Below the pieces are notes generated by a model. That model did not search any database. It was not told the origin of the DNA and was given only the letters and a program-made list of their open reading frames with translations. From Carpediemonas membranifera BICM (Eukaryota; Protista; Fornicata), in the NCBI GenBank assembly GCA_019828565.1, contig JAHDYR010000001.1:372001-436000 (forward strand): a stretch of 64,000 bases of DNA, read 5' to 3'. Every line of letters starts with the position of its first letter. Positions within the stretch are counted from its first letter, which is position 1. Of the stretch, positions 61,404 to 64,000 are shown piece after piece. The position numbers and the translations under genes were made by a program.

Positions 61404-62171
61404 ATGCTCCTCATCGAATGCGTATCCGCTTATATCTACCTAATGTTAATGGCGCTGCTCGCGGTGACTGTCGTCCTTGCCCTCATAGTCACAGCCACTG
61501 TCCTCCTGCTATTCGCACTTCTGCTGCCCCTGCCACCTCTCATCTACATGGAGTCGGGTATCCGGCAGGGTATCATCAAGGAGATGCTGGGCCGTAAGAT
61601 CAGCATCCGCGAGGCGCTGTTCCCCGACAAGGAGTTCATCCCGCGCATCACCATCATCTACATCGTCGTCATCGTCGTCGTCACCCCTATCTCCATGCTG
61701 GGTGTCACGGTCCCCCTCATCTACGCCGCTCAGCTGCTCACATTCTCGACTGTCAGCTTCCTCCTGCTCACCCGCAAGGACATGGGCATCGTCGCCTGCA
61801 TCAAGCTCGGCGTCAAGGCCAACACCCGCAACATCTTCCCGCTCCTCATCTTCTGGCTCATGACCCTCGCGGTGCACATGCTCGACAACATGACCGGCGG
61901 CCTCTCCATGTTCTTCACGTACGGCTTCTGCATGATCCTCGAAATCATCTTCGCCGGCAAGATGTTCCAGCTCATCCGCCCCGAGGTCATGCCCATCCAA
62001 AACTTCCCGGCGTACGGTATTCCCGGCCAGATGCCATACCAGGGTCAGCTGATGCCCGCGCAGTACCAACCCCAGCAGTACCAACCCCAGCAGTACCCGC
62101 CCCAGATGCAGCAGATGCCGTACGCCCCGCAGATGCAGTTCGTCCAGCCCCCGGCCAACTCTGCCATGTAG
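61404..62171 (+). CDS. Second, N-terminally shortened copy of the Q/P/Y-tail membrane protein (may be a pseudogene)
   Basis: Near-identical to 50797-51447 from LLFALL onward; shorter divergent N-terminus abutting the Fanzor 5' end. Confidence 0.6.
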   Translation: MLLIECVSAYIYLMLMALLAVTVVLALIVTATVLLLFALLLPLPPLIYMESGIRQGIIKEMLGRKISIREALFPDKEFIPRITIIYIVVIVVVTPISMLGVTVPLIYAAQLLTFSTVSFLLLTRKDMGIVACIKLGVKANTRNIFPLLIFWLMTLAVHMLDNMTGGLSMFFTYGFCMILEIIFAGKMFQLIRPEVMPIQNFPAYGIPGQMPYQGQLMPAQYQPQQYQPQQYPPQMQQMPYAPQMQFVQPPANSAM

Positions 62172-62642
62172 ATAAAAGCTTTTCATTGTTTACGGTATGT
62201 CGAAAGAGTGTTTATCACTGTGCAAGGGAGTTCCGTCGGGACGCCCGGCTCTGGCTCCTCTGTTCCAGGAGCGCCATGATCCGGGTGACGCGAGCGTCGA
62301 CCAGGTCGCCCAGTGGGAGTCGCGCCGGGGCGAGGAACAGCTCGTTCGCCGGCAACTGGATCTCGCCCACGACGGGCCAGCCGCCCTTCTCCTCAGGCTC
62401 TTCACACGGCTCGGCGGGGTCGGCTACGGGTGGCTCCTCGGTGGGCTGCGCGTCCTCGGGCTCGTCGACTTCCCCATCAGACTCGGCCACCGATCCCTCC
62501 ATCTGAGACTCGAGGTCGGAGTCGGGAATCTCGGACCCGACTTCCGACTCAGTGTGGTGGACGTCCTCATCGTCCAGGGTTGGCTCACCTGTAGTCTCTT
62601 CCATGTCGCCCTCTTCGGTGACCTCCTCCAGGTCAACCGGGC
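61506..62642. repeat. Inverted repeat copy B (1137 bp)
   Basis: Reverse complement of 50325-51447 with an extra CAGTACCAACCCCAG unit. Confidence 0.95.
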
Positions 62643-63750
62643 TCTCTCCGAAGGGTGTGAGTTCGATCGTCGCAGGGTGCCGCTGGAGATATAGGGTGCG
62701 TACCGTCTGGTTATTGCCGAGCATCTCCTCGATCGATGCCAGCAGTTCGGCGGACTTAAGAGCGCCAGTCTCGGCGATATTCAAGCCGACGAGCGTGCGA
62801 TTCAGCTCTCTGACAAAGCAGCCACGCACCTCATGGACGGCAGACACAGGGAACGGCAGGGCAGGGCTGTCATCACCGTCTCTCGTGTGCGTCTCTCGGC
62901 TGGCGGAGCGACGCCGGGACCTAGGCCTGGGCGACTTGCTCCGCTTCTGCTTGGAGGAGGGTCGACTGGTCGGTGGGGCATCAGGCTCCATCATTCCCTT
63001 ATAAATGACAACCTCCTCGTCGAGCAACGGAGCGACATCGAGGGCCGTGACAAGATCCCGAAGGCTTTCGGGCGGAATTCGGTTTTGTGAAATGTCAAGA
63101 TACTGCAACTCACTGGTAGTCAGGGTCTTGATGAGGGGGGCCATGGCCTCTGTGCTGTCGAGCCCGGTGTGGGGCAAGTGGAGTGTCTTCAGAGGGAGGC
63201 CGGGCTCGAGCATCGAAGCGATGATGTCATGGCCATCGCAGTCGATGCGGGTGTCACTGATCGTCAGGCTTTGCAGTGAACCGAACTTGGGGACAGCGGC
63301 GACGATGGCGGCGATGCATTCGTTGTCAACGCTGTCCTCGAAGGAGAAGACCAGGTCCTCGAGATGGGTTAGGAACCCGAGCCCTTTGAGCACAGTCGTC
63401 AGAATAGGAAGGTCATTCAGCAGGCCCAAGTCGTTGAAGCGGACGCTGGTGATGGACTCGCACCGCATGCTGAGCATGAGGGCTTGTGCGTCAAATTCGT
63501 TCAAGGGATGCATCCATAGGCTGATATTCCGGACTGAATCGACGGAAATCGGAGGCTTTCCCTTCTTTTGCGCAGATTCTGGAACACATCTGGCCAATTC
63601 CGCCCGTAGAGAAGGGTGGGGCCGAATATTCATGGCGGTTGTCGCGTTAATGTAATCAACGGCGAAAGATCCGGTAGTATTAAGCTTTTCTATGAGTACA
63701 GGTTCATCTGTGGTTGTAGCCGGCGCTGGTTCCTTCGGTGCCACCGCCAT
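62215..63750 (-). CDS. RI-like leucine-rich-repeat protein with acidic tail (full-length copy)
   Basis: SLQSLTISDTRI, LKTLHLPHTGL, LQYLDISQNRI, TLVGLNIAETG, TVRTLYL. Confidence 0.8.
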   Translation of the reverse strand: MAVAPKEPAPATTTDEPVLIEKLNTTGSFAVDYINATTAMNIRPHPSLRAELARCVPESAQKKGKPPISVDSVRNISLWMHPLNEFDAQALMLSMRCESITSVRFNDLGLLNDLPILTTVLKGLGFLTHLEDLVFSFEDSVDNECIAAIVAAVPKFGSLQSLTISDTRIDCDGHDIIASMLEPGLPLKTLHLPHTGLDSTEAMAPLIKTLTTSELQYLDISQNRIPPESLRDLVTALDVAPLLDEEVVIYKGMMEPDAPPTSRPSSKQKRSKSPRPRSRRRSASRETHTRDGDDSPALPFPVSAVHEVRGCFVRELNRTLVGLNIAETGALKSAELLASIEEMLGNNQTVRTLYLQRHPATIELTPFGESPVDLEEVTEEGDMEETTGEPTLDDEDVHHTESEVGSEIPDSDLESQMEGSVAESDGEVDEPEDAQPTEEPPVADPAEPCEEPEEKGGWPVVGEIQLPANELFLAPARLPLGDLVDARVTRIMALLEQRSQSRASRRNSLAQ

Positions 63751-64000
63751 GTTTGTCTTCCTTGAACGTTGTGGACAAATTTTTCTGACGATAAAATGTG
63801 GATAACTGGGCGGGGCGGTTTGTGTCTATGCTTACGCAGCCCTTATAGACCCATACCATTCTTTCAGGCGGCACCAAAAAAACGAGGTGCTCTAATCTGC
63901 ACTGCTTGAACGAAATGGAGCTTGAAGAGGAGAATTGGTTCGAGTGGATTGCTAACGAGTCTGCTGATGAGCAGATGGACAATGAAGAGGAACCTATGCT

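Noticed and set aside
59400-61500. Terminal inverted repeats, target-site duplication or transposase for the Fanzor element
   Set aside because: None identified; element ends cannot be defined from a single copy

Overview
Gene-dense eukaryotic (protist) genomic DNA with very short intergenic spacers, sparse 28-35 nt spliceosomal introns, standard genetic code, and RCC1, ABCA and FG-GAP surface-protein genes. This fits a compact-genome flagellate such as a free-living metamonad (Carpediemonas-like; an inference, not tested). Recognisable housekeeping genes: Hsp70-family 3' end, AMPK beta, family-A DNA polymerase, Vps24/CHMP3, MST/STE20 kinase, MAPK15/ERK7, two ABCA half-transporters, kinesin-5, RPA12, POT1-like OB protein, SMC3, GAR1, Did2/CHMP1. 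Highlights: (1) a Fanzor (eukaryotic TnpB-type RNA-guided nuclease) at 59641-61307 with all three RuvC acidic residues, split by one frame break, followed directly by an 80-nt strand-specific hairpin (candidate omega-RNA); (2) a membrane-anchored MLKL-like protein (TM + four-helix bundle + HRN/SFE pseudokinase) head-to-head with an FG-GAP/Cys-rich receptor; (3) a 1.1-kb near-identical inverted duplication bracketing a 10-kb segment that has the Fanzor at one edge; (4) a GT-AT intron inside the kinesin-5 P-loop; (5) a NAPE-PLD-like + permuted NlpC/P60-like fusion; (6) tandem myristoylation-type microproteins. All family assignments rest on motifs recognised by eye; no searches were run.
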